Shown in pieces: positions 26,130 to 41,502 of a stretch of DNA of 64,000 nucleotides. Source of the stretch: Eledone cirrhosa (lineage: Eukaryota); assembly GCA_964016885.1 (NCBI GenBank), contig OZ024766.1, positions 14,570,001-14,634,000 of the forward strand. The letters run 5' to 3'. The position numbers and the translations under genes are program-made. Numbering within the stretch: position 1 is the first letter of the stretch; every line of letters begins with the position of its first letter. Under the pieces are notes generated by a model. That model saw only the letters and a program-made list of their open reading frames with translations. It had not been told where the DNA came from and did not search any database.

Positions 26130-29100
26130 ACGAAGGAAATGTGGTAAGGAACCAGGTGGACCATAACGCACCAAAGTACTCAATACTTGAGGTAGTAGAG
26201 TGGGTAATAGGAACCTTATTATATATTTATATATATATATATATAAATAATATATTAATAAATGGAAACTATATTTATAAAACCATATTTATTTTATTAT
26301 ACATATTTCAAGGGCAACCAAGGCAAACTGTTGAGTGCTTTATATCAGTTATAAAAATGTTTAAGCTTATTGAATCCCAACAAATTAAATATAACCTCTG
26401 CATATATATATATTTATATATATATATATAAATTTATATAATACAACATTAGAATTACTACTACATTTTACTTTCTATCTCTGTCTCTCACATCTCTTTC
26501 TCTCCCTCTATCTCCCTCTCTCGATATCCCTCTCTTTCTCTCACCCCCCTCTCTCTCTCTATCTCTCCTCCTGTCTCTCCCATACACTTACCTAAGGTCA
26601 TGTAATTTAACTGGGTGTGACTTTCTCAAAAGTTAATACAAAGACTTGCTTTCAACTGACAGAAACATAGCTACGATGTTGCACACTCATATCATGTGTC
26701 TGTATGGCTGACTGCCTGAACTTCATACAGAAATAAAAAACCCCACACAACCAACATTCTGGGGTTGATAAAATATAATTGTTTCTAATTATATTGACTA
26801 ATTATATTTACGAATAATATTGACTAATAATATTGACTAATTATATTGACTAATTATATTTACTAATAATATTGACTAATAATATTGACTAATTATATTG
26901 ACTAATTATATTGACTAATTATATTTACTAATAATATTGACTAATAATATTGACTAATTATATTTACTAATAATATTGACTAATAATATTGACTTATTAT
27001 ATTGACTAATTATATTGACTAATTATATTGACTAATTATATTGACTAATTATATTTACTAATAATATTGACTAATTATATTTACTAATAATATTGACTAA
27101 TAATATTGACTAATTATATTGACTAATTATATTGACTAATTATATTGACTAATTATATTGACTAATTATATTGACTAATTATATTTACTAATAATATTGA
27201 CTAATTATATTTACTAATAATATTGACTAATTATATTGACTAATTATATTGACTAATTATATTGACTAATTATATTTACTAATAATATTGACTAATAATT
27301 GTTTCTACTTTAGGCACAAGGCCAGCAATTACCCAGTGCATTACTGGTACTTTATTTTATCGACCCCGTAAGGATGAAAGGCAAAGTCAACCTCGGCGGG
27401 ATTTGAACTCAGATCGTAAAGAGACGTAACTATGCTGGAAAGCATGGCGTCCGACTCTCTACCGATACTGCCAATCCACAATATTGACTAATTATATTGA
27501 CTAATTATATTGACTAATTATATTGACTAATTATATTGACTAATTATATTGACTAATTATATTTACTAATAATAGTAACTAATTATAGGAACTAATAATT
27601 ATTTCTACATTAGCCACAAGGCCAGCAATTACCCAGTACATTACTGGTACTTTATTTTATCGACCCCGTAAGGATGAAAGGCAAAGTTAACCTCATTAAC
27701 TAATTATATTGACTAATAATATTAACTAATTATATTGACTAATTATATTAAGTAATAATATTAACTAATATTATCACCTAATAATATTAACTAATAACAT
27801 TCACTAATTATATTAACTAATAATATTAACTAATATTATCAACTAATAATATTCATTAATAATTTAAATAATTTTTACATTAGGCACAAGGCCAGCAATT
27901 ACCCCAGTGTATTACTGGTACTTTATTTTATCAACCCCGTAAGGATGAAGGGCAAAGTTAACCTCGGCGGGATTTGAATTAGTTAATATTATTCGGTGGA
28001 GTGGCAGTATCGGTGGAGCGTCGGACGCCATGCTTTGATGCATAGAGTTACGGCCCTTAGTCAATATAATTAGTAAATATTATTAGTTAATATTATTAGT
28101 TAATATAATTAGTTAATATTATTAGTTAATATAATTAGTTAATATTATTAGTTAATATTATTAGTTAATATAATTAGTTAATATTATTAGTTAATATTAT
28201 TAGTTAATATAATTAGTTAATATTATTAGTTAATATAATTAGTTAATATTATTAGTTAATATTATTAGTTAATATAATTAGTTAATATTATTAGTTAATA
28301 TTATTAGTTAATATTATTAGTCAATATAATTAGTTAATATTATTAATTAATATAATTAGTTAATATTATTAGTCAATAATAACATTAATGGCAGTGGATT
28401 GGCAGTATCAGTGGAGGGTGGGACGCCATGCTTTGATGCATAGAGTTACGGCCCTTGCCATTCTGAGTTCAAATCCCACCGAGGTTAACTTTGCCTTTCA
28501 TCCTTACGGGGTCGATAAAATAAAGTAGCAGTAATACACTGGGGTAATTGCTGGCCTTGTGCCTAACGTAGAAACAATTATTAACTAATATTTCTAACTA
28601 ATAATATTGATTGTTGACTAGAAATTTAGAGATTATTTTAATGGTTTCTGATTTAGATGCAAGGCCAACACATTTGGGGAAGGGGTGTTGATTGACCCCA
28701 GTGTGTTACTGGTACTTTATTTTATCAACCCAGTAAGGATGAAGGGCAAAGCTTACCTTGATGGGATTTGAACTCAGAACGTAAAGGGCCGTAACTGGGT
28801 TCAAATCCTACTGAAGTTATAGCTCTGGCTTTCATCCTAACAGGGTTGATAAAGTAAAGTACCAGTAACGTACTGGGGTTGATGAAGTAAAGTACCTGTA
28901 ACGTTCTTGGGTTGATAAAGTAAGGTACCAGTAATGTACTGGGGTTGATAAAGTAAAGTACCAGTAATGTACTGGGGTTGATAAAGTAAAGTACCAGTAA
29001 CGTACTGGGGTTGATAAAGTAAAGTACCAGTAATGTACTGGGGTTGATAAAGTAAAGTACCAGTAATGTACTGGGTTTGATAAAGTAAAGTATCAGTAAC

Positions 29101-29533
29101 GTACTGGGGTTGATAAAGTAAAGTACCAGTAACGTACTGGGGTTGATAAAGTAAAGTAGCACTAATGTACGGGGGTTGATAAAGTAAAGTACCAGTAACG
29201 TACTGGGGTTGATAAAGTAAAGTACCAGTAATGTACTGGGGTTGATAAAGTAAAGTACCAGTAATGTACTGGGTTTGATAAAGTAAAGTATCAGTAACGT
29301 ACTGGGGTTGATAAAGTAAAGTACCAGTAACGTACTGGGGTTGATAAAGTAAAGTACCAGTAATGTACGGGGGTTGATAAAGTAAAGTACCAGTAACGTA
29401 CTGGGGTTGATAAAGTAAAGTACCAGTAATGTACTGGGGTTGATAAAGTAAAGTACCAGTAACGTACTGGGGTTGATAAAATAAAGTACCTGGACTGGTG
29501 AGAGATAAAAGCTGAGATATGAAAATAACTAAC

Positions 29534-29671
29534 CTTTCTGACAACTGTTTCCTTCATAACCTGGAGCACATCTACCCCTTGAACAGATCCCTAATTCCAC
29601 ATTACACCTGTTGTTATCTTCACAATGACACACCTGATCACAGTTGGCACCTAGTCTTCCACTACTGCACA
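29534..29671 (-). CDS. EGF-like exon, copy 6
   Basis: Same splice sites and peptide, with a synonymous CTT>CTA (Leu) change. Confidence 0.88.
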
Positions 29672-31908
29672 CTGTAACAGGAAAACATTGGTGTAGATCA
29701 GGGATTGCCAACTTCTTTGCCTCCATGGGCCGGACGAACGCCATAAAAGAATAATTATGGAAAATTACACAAGCTAAAATTTTTATCTCGAGTGTCGACT
29801 ATACTATTCATTTCTCAAATCTTGAATTATATTCACAAATACCTCTGAATCCTGTGATTTCCCTCCTTGAAATGATGGAAAATGCACATAATTTTTATTT
29901 CAAAGTTGATGTTCCCACAACTGTAGCTTTTTTTCAAAGGCAACAATATGGTTATACATTTCATTTACGAGCTGAGTTTTACCTTGAAGTTGTAAATTTA
30001 AGTTATTTAACCCTTTAGCACTTACATTACTCTATATTTACTATTGTAATGTCACAGTAAACACTTAATTTTATATAGTTATCTCACATAATATTGAATC
30101 TATAAGATTTTGATATTATTTATTTTGAGAAGAATACCTTAACGTCAGTATGAGTGGCTAGTTACAGCCGGTTTGAACAGAAAAAAGTGAGAGATTTCTG
30201 GCCGGATATGGCCGGTTTAAATGCTAAAGGGTTAAACGAGTCACAATATCCTCAATAAATACCAAAGTTGTAACAGCAGGCCTTTTATTGTATTCGAAAG
30301 AAATAATACGTATTATTCTTTTATAATCTTTTATAATCTCTATAATTGTATTATTCTTTATCGAAAGGTTGTGAGTTCAATTCTCCGACCGGTTAACGTG
30401 TTGTTTCCTTGAGCAAACACTTTATTTCAAATTGCTCCAGTTTACTCAGCTGTAGAAATGAGATGATAGGGACTGGAGTCCCTATCATTCCACTGTAAAG
30501 TGGTCGTAGCGGTGCCACGGCAAAAAATCACCCAGCACTCACTGTAAATGAGGTTGGTTTTAGGAAGGGCATCAAGCTGTAGAAATCAAGCCAGAATCAG
30601 TTCCTGTCCCACTCTTGCAAGCAGGGAAAAGGGGACGTAAAATGAAATGATTTCATAATTCAGGGGTTGATAAAATATAGTACCAGTGATATCCTGGGGT
30701 TGATTTAATAGAATAGCTTAACACACACTCACATATATATATATATCTACTAACCAAAGTATCGCGTGATCTGGTGCGTTATGGTCCACCTCGTTCCTTA
30801 CCATACTTCCTACCACACACACACACACACATATATAGATATATACTTATAAATATATACAGAATAAGGAGCAGGTATTACAATAACCTGGGGTTCAAGG
30901 GCCCTCACGTCTTCAACAAGCTGCCAAGGAATTTGAGAGATCTGCACGGTGTGGACGTGGATGTTTTCAAGGAACATCTCGACACCCTGTTACCAGGATC
31001 CTGGATGAGCCCACAGCATGGTTCGAAGGTAACCTAAGGGCAGCAACAACGAACCCCTCTTTGCCGAATGGCCAACCAACACAGGTTGGAGAAAGAATGT
31101 GTAACAAGGGCATGCCCCAGCATGGCCTCAACTGGATCGCTGGAACACGTTAAAGGAGTAAAAGAGAATATATATATATATATACATATATATTTATATT
31201 TATATTTCTGGCTATTTCTGGCTGTCGATGGTCCTATTCAGGCCACTGGGATGACGTTGTTCAACGAGTGTATTTTTAAAAAATGCAACAAGTGGTTCAA
31301 ATCATTCGCAGATTTGCATTTGCTGTGTAAACGCAGATGGTTATTTTTCTTCTCATTTGGTGAACATCGAAGAATTTAACTGCTGTGATTTACGGATTAA
31401 TAGGTGAAATATATTTCTTACTTAAAGAAATATATACAAAGGAGATTAATCATTTTAAAAGGTATCTATATTTGAAGTTCTAGTCAAGCTTTAATTAGTT
31501 ACCTACCTAGCTATGTGTGCCTACATTCTTTACAAATTATTCCCTGTGATTGTTTCATGTATTTATTATATATATATATATATATGTCAATCTATTTCTA
31601 GTTGATATGTAATGCTCGGATCTAATCTTTCAGCTTATTCTACGCATGGCGCATGTCTCTCAGACATGACAACCCTTAATTTTAATTTTGGATATATATA
31701 TATATACATATATGTATATATATATATGTGTGTGTGTGTGTATATATATATATATCTCAGAATACTCAATACTTAGGGTAGAAGAGTGGGTAATAGGAAA
31801 AGAGCCAGGAACCCAACAGCTGAGCTCCGGCCAGAGATCAGCAGTTGGGGTCCTGACTCTTTTCCTATACATATATATATATATATATATATAGTTTTAA
31901 TATAGATG

Positions 31909-31959
31909 AGATTCTACAGGACTAGAACTGTTTCATTCATTAGAAATCATCAGGAATCT
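31909..31959 (-). ncRNA. Type I hammerhead ribozyme motif (inverted pseudo-LTR copy)
   Basis: Reverse complement of 35355-35405. Confidence 0.78.
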
Positions 31960-32077
31960 GGGTATCAAAAAATAAATATGGTATTTATAGGTCTCTACAA
32001 GTGGTAGGAGAGGGTGGGGAGTGGGATGGGTGCAGGTCATTGGTTGATAGAGAAGGGAATTCATTAAAGGCTAATTC

Positions 32078-32396
32078 TACCTTTAAGACCCGCTGGTATG
32101 CCCACACCCACTCCTTCAGAAGACCGGATAAATCAAACCAAACAACACTCGCCTCCTACGTTTGGGACCTCAAAAGGAACTCCACCCCCTTCACGCTTAA
32201 TTGGAAAATACTCCAGAAAGCGCGCTCTTACGACGGAGGACACAAGGGCTGCGACCTTTGTATTTCAGAGAGTTACGAAATTTTATTCGCCAAGGGCCCG
32301 CTACTGAACAAACTCTCTGAACACTGCCCGAACTGCATGCACAAGAACTTTGCAACATTCAAACACTTTAAGCCAGTGTTAAAGCCCGATGGCTAA
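32078..32396 (+). pseudogene. Penelope GIY-YIG endonuclease C-terminal fragment
   Basis: FKTRWYAHTHSF...TTLASYVWDLK...NWKILQKA..Y...CDLCISE...LLNKLSE...CMH fits the FKxR..H / CxLCxxE / LLN pattern of PLE endonucleases. The N-terminal part and RT are absent. Confidence 0.85.
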
Positions 32397-32529
32397 AAAC
32401 GACCTCCCCCTATTGGCCCCTATACCTCCTCCCCACCCTACCCCCACCCCTCCTCAACCTGAAATACGGCCACTATGGTCATGTGAGTACCTCTTTTGTA
32501 TCTACTTTTTCTGCCTGTAGAGGTGTCTT

Positions 32530-34905
<2,376 letters not shown>

Positions 34906-35354
34906 AATGTGTCTGTTGATTTGGCATATTGTTGATTAGTTTAAGAGAAGTTCGAAGATAATAGTAAGATATGCACTCAGTATTTTGAATCTGTCTGCAG
35001 AATTCCCTAGACCTTTGTCACTTAGCAGAACTTAATGACTTTAGCTTTTAAAGAATCTCCCTTTTCTTTAATTCTATCGAGCATGAATGACCCCCCACTG
35101 ATTTTATAGACATCTGCTAGCTTAAGAGAAACTTATTGACAAGGAATGGTATGCCATCCGGAACTTGTTTATAGATTTCTGTCTGCCTTTGTTACTCTAA
35201 AAACATAAATAAATATAAATTAACTATAGCTATGTAGAATTAGCCTTTAATGAATTCCCTTCTCTATCAACCAATGACCTGCACCCATCCCACTCCCCAC
35301 CCTCTCCTACCACTTGTAGAGACCTATAAATACCATATTTATTTTTTGATACCC

Positions 35355-35405
35355 AGATTCCTGATGATTTCTAATGAATGAAACAGTTCTAGTCCTGTAG
35401 AATCT
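35355..35405 (+). ncRNA. Type I hammerhead ribozyme motif in Penelope pseudo-LTR
   Basis: AGATTC-CTGATGA-T TTC taat GAA T-GAAA-CAG ttctagtc CTG-TA-GAATCT. Stem I is AGATTC/GAATCT, stem III is ACAG/CTGT, and the GUA triplet predicts cleavage after 35399. Confidence 0.8.
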
Positions 35406-35561
35406 CATCTATATTAAAACTATTATACTCTGCTATGTATTGAGTACCTTACTTACTGTGGTTACCTCCGATTCAACCCGGAATAACGTATATATATATA
35501 TATATTTCGTTTCTGAATTTGTTTAGCAAGATTCTTTATCTGAAATCGTGTGTTGAAACCG

Positions 35562-36090
35562 ATATTGTTATACTTTGGGAGGGTCATGTTGCCAATAAGA
35601 AACACACGCACCAGTTGCTTTCACTTCAATTTAATTTATTATATATTTATAAATTTACAAATTTATAAATTTCTGGTTGGTTGGTTGGTTCCACAACCAG
35701 ATAGTTGTTTATATATATATAGTCATAGTTCTTTCGTCACACACTCTGTGACCTCTTCAGTGACTGGGGATTTCTTTCTTCGTTTCTGTGCCTTTCTTTT
35801 CTTCTATCCTACGCCATTTTTTTTGTGTGTCACACAAACAAAATGGCGTAGGATAGAAGAAAGGAAAGGCACAGAAACGAAGAAAGAAATCCCCAGTCAC
35901 TGAAGAGGTCACAGAGTGTGTGACGAAAGAACTATGACTATATATATATAAACAACTATCTGGTTGTGGAACCAACCAACCAACCAGAAATTTATAAATT
36001 TGTAAATTTATAAATATATAATAAATTAAATTGAAGTGAAAGCAACTGGTGCGTGTGTTTCTTATTGGCAACATGACCCTCCCAAAGTAT

Positions 36091-36098
<8 letters not shown>
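35562..36098. repeat. Near-perfect 537-bp palindrome centred on 35830
   Basis: Arms of 268 bp with very few mismatches and a 1-nt spacer. Mirror ORFs 35550..35903 (+) and 35757..36095 (-) give nearly the same peptide. Confidence 0.95.
35895..35939 (+). ncRNA. Minimal, possibly degenerate hammerhead motif (mirror copy at 35721-35765, minus strand)
   Basis: AGTCA-CTGAAGA-G GTCACA gagtg TGTGAC-GAAA-GAAC-TA-TGACT. Stems I and II pair, but stem III is very short. Confidence 0.55.
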
Positions 36099-36140
<42 letters not shown>

Positions 36141-36287
36141 TATATTAATAAATGGAAACTATATTTTTAAAACCATATTTATTTTATTATACATATTTCA
36201 AGGCAACCAAGGCAAACTGTTGAGTGCTTTATATCAGTTATAAAAATGTTTAAGCTTATTGAATCCCAACAAATTAAATATAACCTC

Positions 36288-36385
<98 letters not shown>

Positions 36386-37112
36386 TATAATACAACATTA
36401 GAATTACTACTACATTTTACTTTCTATCTCTCTGCCTCTTCCACTTTTAGTCTCCATTCTTCCCACTTTCTCTCTCTCCCCCTCTCTCTGTCTCTCTCAC
36501 ATCTCTTTCTCTCCCTCTATCTCCCTCTCTCGATATCCCTCTCTTTCTCTCTCTCTCTATCTCTCCTCCTGTCTCTCCCATACACTTACCTAAGGTCATG
36601 TAATTTAACTGGGTGTGACTTTCTCTAAAAGTTAATACAAAGACTTGCTTTCAACTGACAGAAACATAGCTACGATGTTGCACACTCATATCATGTGTCT
36701 GTATGGCTGACTGTCTGAACTTCATACAGAAATAAAAAACCCACACAACCAACATTCTGGGGTTGATAAAATATAATTGTTTCTACTTTAGGCACAAGGC
36801 CAGCAAATACCCAGTTCATTACTGGTACTTTATTTTATCGACCCCGTAAGGATGAAAGGCAAAGTCAACCTCGGCGGGATTTGAACTCAGATCGTAAAGG
36901 GACGTAACTATGCTGGAAAGCATGGCGTCTGACCCTCTACCGATACTGCCAATCCACTAATACCAGTGACATACTGGGGTAGATTTAATAGACTAAAACT
37001 AACTTTACCTTTCATACTTCTGGGGTTGATAAAATATGGTACCAGTGACATACTGGGGTAGATTTTATAGAATAGCTTAACACACACACACACATTTATA
37101 TATATATATATA

Positions 37113-37310
37113 TGAAAAGGTTCAGGACCCCGACGGCAGAGCTCAAGCCGTTTCTAAGGCTATTTTTGGACTAGATATAGCCGTTGAAAGGGCTTGAGCT
37201 CTGCCGTCGGGGTCCTGAACTTTTTCCTATTACCCACTGTACTACCCAAAGTTTCGAGTGCTATTCCTGCGTTATGGTCCACCTGGTTCCTTACCATACT
37301 TCCTTCGGTT
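37113..37310 (+). mobile_element. Short palindromic Penelope-derived element
   Basis: Fold-back arms at ~37116-37225 followed by the tail ...GCGTTATGGTCCACCTGGTTCCTTACCATACTTCCTTCG. Same family as 40121-40315, 4615-4724 and 3598-3661. Confidence 0.65.
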
Positions 37311-37721
37311 TCATAAATAGAATTTTAGTCTACGACTTCAGTTATACCATAAACGTGGTTTTGTCGTTGCGTGTAATTGTTTCCCCGCTCCCCATAATGA
37401 CGTATTATCTTCGTTTTTTTCTGTTCTTTGCCAGGGAACCTTTCCACGAACCAAAGTATTGTCTTCCTGTCTTCGGTTGAAACGTTTTTTGAAATACTTA
37501 CTTCTGTATTCACAGATTGACTTTGTTAGTTTCAGAAGATCCCGTTAAGGATGAAAGCAGCGATTCTTTGCTTAAACTTTAATCTGTTATTTTAATAAAT
37601 ATATATATATTTTTAACCATCTTTTAATTTCTTCTTTAATATATACTCCAGTTCTACCAACTGTTGAGTGCTACTTATCTGATATATGCATAGTTTTATT
37701 GTTCTGCAATATTACTCACCT

Positions 37722-37832
<111 letters not shown>

Positions 37833-37849
37833 GTATACGTATATATATA

Positions 37850-38531
37850 TTGTGTCGATGAGTGTGGGGCTGAGAATGAATGAGACTAAAACAAAATATC
37901 TGGTAGAGAATGTTGAGAAGCCAGAGGGGATCACTAATGTAGGCGGGAAGCCGCTAGAATTGGTTGAGGACTTCTTGTATTTGGGAGCAAAGATTGGGAA
38001 TACCGAAGATGATGTGGTTGAGAGGAAGAGCAAAGCCTGGGCGGCGTGTCACAGCTTGGGTTCGGTGTGGAAGTCGGACCTTCGTAAAGACCTGAAAATC
38101 CGCCTCTTCATTGCTGTAGTGTAGTCTGTGCTGCTGTACGGGTCTGAGACTTGGACACTGACCAAGAAACTCACTCAGATGGGTGCTACACGAGAATGCT
38201 GAGGATGGCTCTGAACATTAATCAGTATACACTGAGGTTGAAAAACTCAGAGCTGTATGGGAGCATCCCAAAAGTCAGCTCAAAAGTGACACAGAGGAGA
38301 CTGGGTTTAGCTGGACATACTCGCCGACATCCAGAGTTGACATTGCACTCAGTGCTCCTGTGGGAGCCCCTACATGGCCACACTGGAAGAGGAAGACCAA
38401 GGTTAACATATGTTAATGCCCTAAGGACAGACACTGGTCTGTTGGAGACGCGGGACATGGCAGTGATAATGAGGGACAGAGACCGCTGGAGAGAACTCGT
38501 CCATGGATCTCGGAAATTTTACCCGCCCTAG
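37850..38531 (+). mobile_element. RTE-clade LINE, decayed RT C-terminal region
   Basis: [53 protein letters not shown] and GRGRPR motifs, with an internal stop and a frameshift. Confidence 0.88.
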
Positions 38532-38639
38532 AATAGAATATATATATATATATAAATGGAAAAAATGAAATTTCATTTCTCACCCTTATATATATGTATG
38601 TATATGTATATATATATATATGCACACACATATATGTAT

Positions 38640-39620
38640 CATCATCATCATCATCATCACCGTTTTACGTCCGTTCTTCCACGCTAGAATGGGTTAGACG
38701 GGTTGTTCTGTTGTGTGCAGTGTCTGGTCGGCTGATACAGGATCTGCCTTGCTCATACAGGAACTGATTTTGGCTTGATTTCTACAGCTGGATGCCCTTC
38801 CTAACACCAACCTCATTTACAGTGAGTGCTGGGTGCTTTTTCGTGGCGCCTACACGTCCAATTTACAGTGTGGGCTGGGTGCTTTTTTGCTGTGGCACCT
38901 CCACGACCACCTTACAGTGGGAGGGTGTGGGGGCATATTGTCTATATGCATCAGCTTGTACCCATGGGAGGTCGGGTACTCTGTATTACTGCGTGACGCC
39001 AGAAGTCATCGCCTTTGAGAGGTGTAATTGGGTAAGGTCGGCTTTTATCACCTCATCCCAGGTCTTCTTGGGTCTCCCCACTCCGCGGTTTCCATCGACT
39101 TCTAGTGCTCTGCACCTTTTTATGCAGCTGTCATCCTTCATACGCATCACATGTCCATACCAACGCAACCTCCTCTCCTGCACACAGCATTTGATTCCTC
39201 TTATGCTCAGTCTCTCTCTCAATTCATTTATGCTTTGTCGTTCACGTATATTACTATTACACATCCATCAGAGCATGCGGGCTTTGTTTCTCTCTAATCT
39301 ACGTAAGTATTCCACCTTCAGTGCCCAGGTCTCACTACCATGCAACATCGCTGTTCGGATACACGCATCATACAGTCTGCCTTTCATTTTGAGAGAGAAG
39401 GCTTTTGCAGCTAGCAGTGGTAGTAGCTCCCTGAACTTCTTCCATCCCGTTCTTACCCTAGTTATTGTACTTTCCGAACACCCACCTCCGCTGCTAATTC
39501 GGTCACCTAGGTAACAGAAGCTGTCTACTGTTTCTACAGGGCCCTCCCAGAGATTGGTGGTACTTCTTTCCTTTGGCAGTTTGCTGCTTGCTGTCTCAGC
39601 ACAGCTGCTGCATGTGAAGC
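38640..39620 (-). mobile_element. RTE-clade LINE 3' end with 3' UTR and (GAT)n tail
   Basis: VDSFCYLGD, GWKKFRELLPLL, KGRLYDACIRTAMLHGSETW, RRLRWYGHVMRM and GRPKKTW motifs, with (CAT)n at ~38640. Confidence 0.92.
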
Positions 39621-39761
39621 CTACATGTATGTATATATATACATATATGTGTGTGCATATATATATATATATATATGCACACACATATATGTATGTATAT
39701 ATATATAAAACATATTATAAAGTAAGAAGAAATATTAGACATAAATTTTTGTGTACCTCTC

Positions 39762-39815
<54 letters not shown>

Positions 39816-40062
39816 GTACACAAAAATTTATGTCTAATATTTATATATATATATTTATATATACAGATAGATATATACAGGTGTATATATATATATATAT
39901 GTCATCATCATCATCACCGTTTTACGTCGATTCTTCCACGCTAGCATGGGTTAGACAGATTGTCCTGTTGTGGGCAATTTTAGGTCGTCTGACTTTGTCT
40001 TGCTCATATGGGAACTGATTCTAGCTTCATTTCTTTAGCTGGATGCCCTTCCTATCACACAG

Positions 40063-40120
<58 letters not shown>

Positions 40121-40122
<2 letters not shown>

Positions 40123-40310
40123 CGAAGGAAATGTGGTAAGGAACCAGGTGGACCATAACGCACCAAAGTACTCAATACTTGAGGTAGTAGAGTGGGTAAT
40201 AGGAACCAGTAAGACCCCGACAGCTGAGCTCAAGCCGTTTCGACGGCTAATTCTGGTCCAGAATTAGCCGTCGAAACGGCTTGAGCTCAGCTGTCGGGGT
40301 CTGACTGGTT

Positions 40311-40315
<5 letters not shown>
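40121..40315 (-). mobile_element. Short palindromic Penelope-derived element
   Basis: Near-perfect palindrome 40199-40315 centred on 40257, plus a single-copy tail, set in (TA)n. Confidence 0.7.
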
Positions 40316-40346
<31 letters not shown>

Positions 40347-41466
40347 TATGTGTGTATGTATGTGTTATGTATATAAACAATATATATATATATATATACA
40401 CACACATACATATATAGCAATATGTATGTAAACAACGCTAGAAGTACCAAATAAATCTATATCCTGTTTCTTTATATTGTTGTGATAAAATAGTTTATTT
40501 TACTAAATAGGAAATGTGATAAAAACTGTACACCCTACCTGGCAATTTCTAGCCTTAGTACATTTGTACGTAAAGATATATTGTAATTTCAGTTACAGTA
40601 AGTTAATCTATAAACTGTAATTCGTATCTCTGCAAAATGTTATTACAAAATATGTTTTATTAAGAAAGTTATAAGAACATTTAGTGAGGGGCCCTCTAGT
40701 CTAGATTACTATCATAAATTTTACAGTGAAAGGGAGATAATAGCAAATCGAAGGCTTTAAAGATTTATTCCCCTTTGTTAAACGTTTCAGTCTGTGTGGT
40801 AAATACAAATGCTAGAAATGGCAGCCAAATAATAAAAATATGTAACGTGGAAAATGTTAGAAATAGCAGCTAAATAAGCTCTAAATTTTCATATGTATGT
40901 TAACATGCATGTGATAAAAATATATTTCTAGACGTATATCATATCATATATATTTTTAGCGGTCTTTTGGTCTATTCACCACCATGGGCTATAAAACATC
41001 TTTTCTCTACACCGTGTGTGTTTTCTTAGTTATCTAATATATTTTTAGAAGTGTTGATCATATTGATAGGTATCCGTCGATGAGCTACATCTACAATATA
41101 TATTCTTCACTTTTATAGCGAAACATACTCTCATTTGAGCATGTCTGGATGTTATAGTTATAAATAGATGGTTAGTACACTTTAATATATTATTTTAATT
41201 GATTTGTATCCAGTATTACTTCCATAGTTAATATGTTCGTCACTCTGGTGGTTTTTAATCTTCTATAATTGAACACATATCTCTATGTGTACTTCTCTCT
41301 ATATGGTGATTTATAAAAAACCCGGAATCTAATCCTTGAGCTCATTAAATTATAGGGGATTAATGTGAGTCTTTAACAAAAATATATCATACACAAGAGA
41401 TGTCAACATGAATGGACCTGATATCTAAAGATATTTTTTCCAATTCCATCCTGCCCGTCCCTTCAA

Positions 41467-41502
41467 TCTTCTGATGAAAGACTAGCGTCCGAAACGTTAA
41501 GA
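41467..41502 (+). ncRNA. Minimal type I hammerhead motif
   Basis: TCTT-CTGATGA-AA GAC tagc GTC C-GAAACGTT-AAGA. The palindromic AACGTT replaces stem III and stem I is TCTT/AAGA. Confidence 0.55.
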
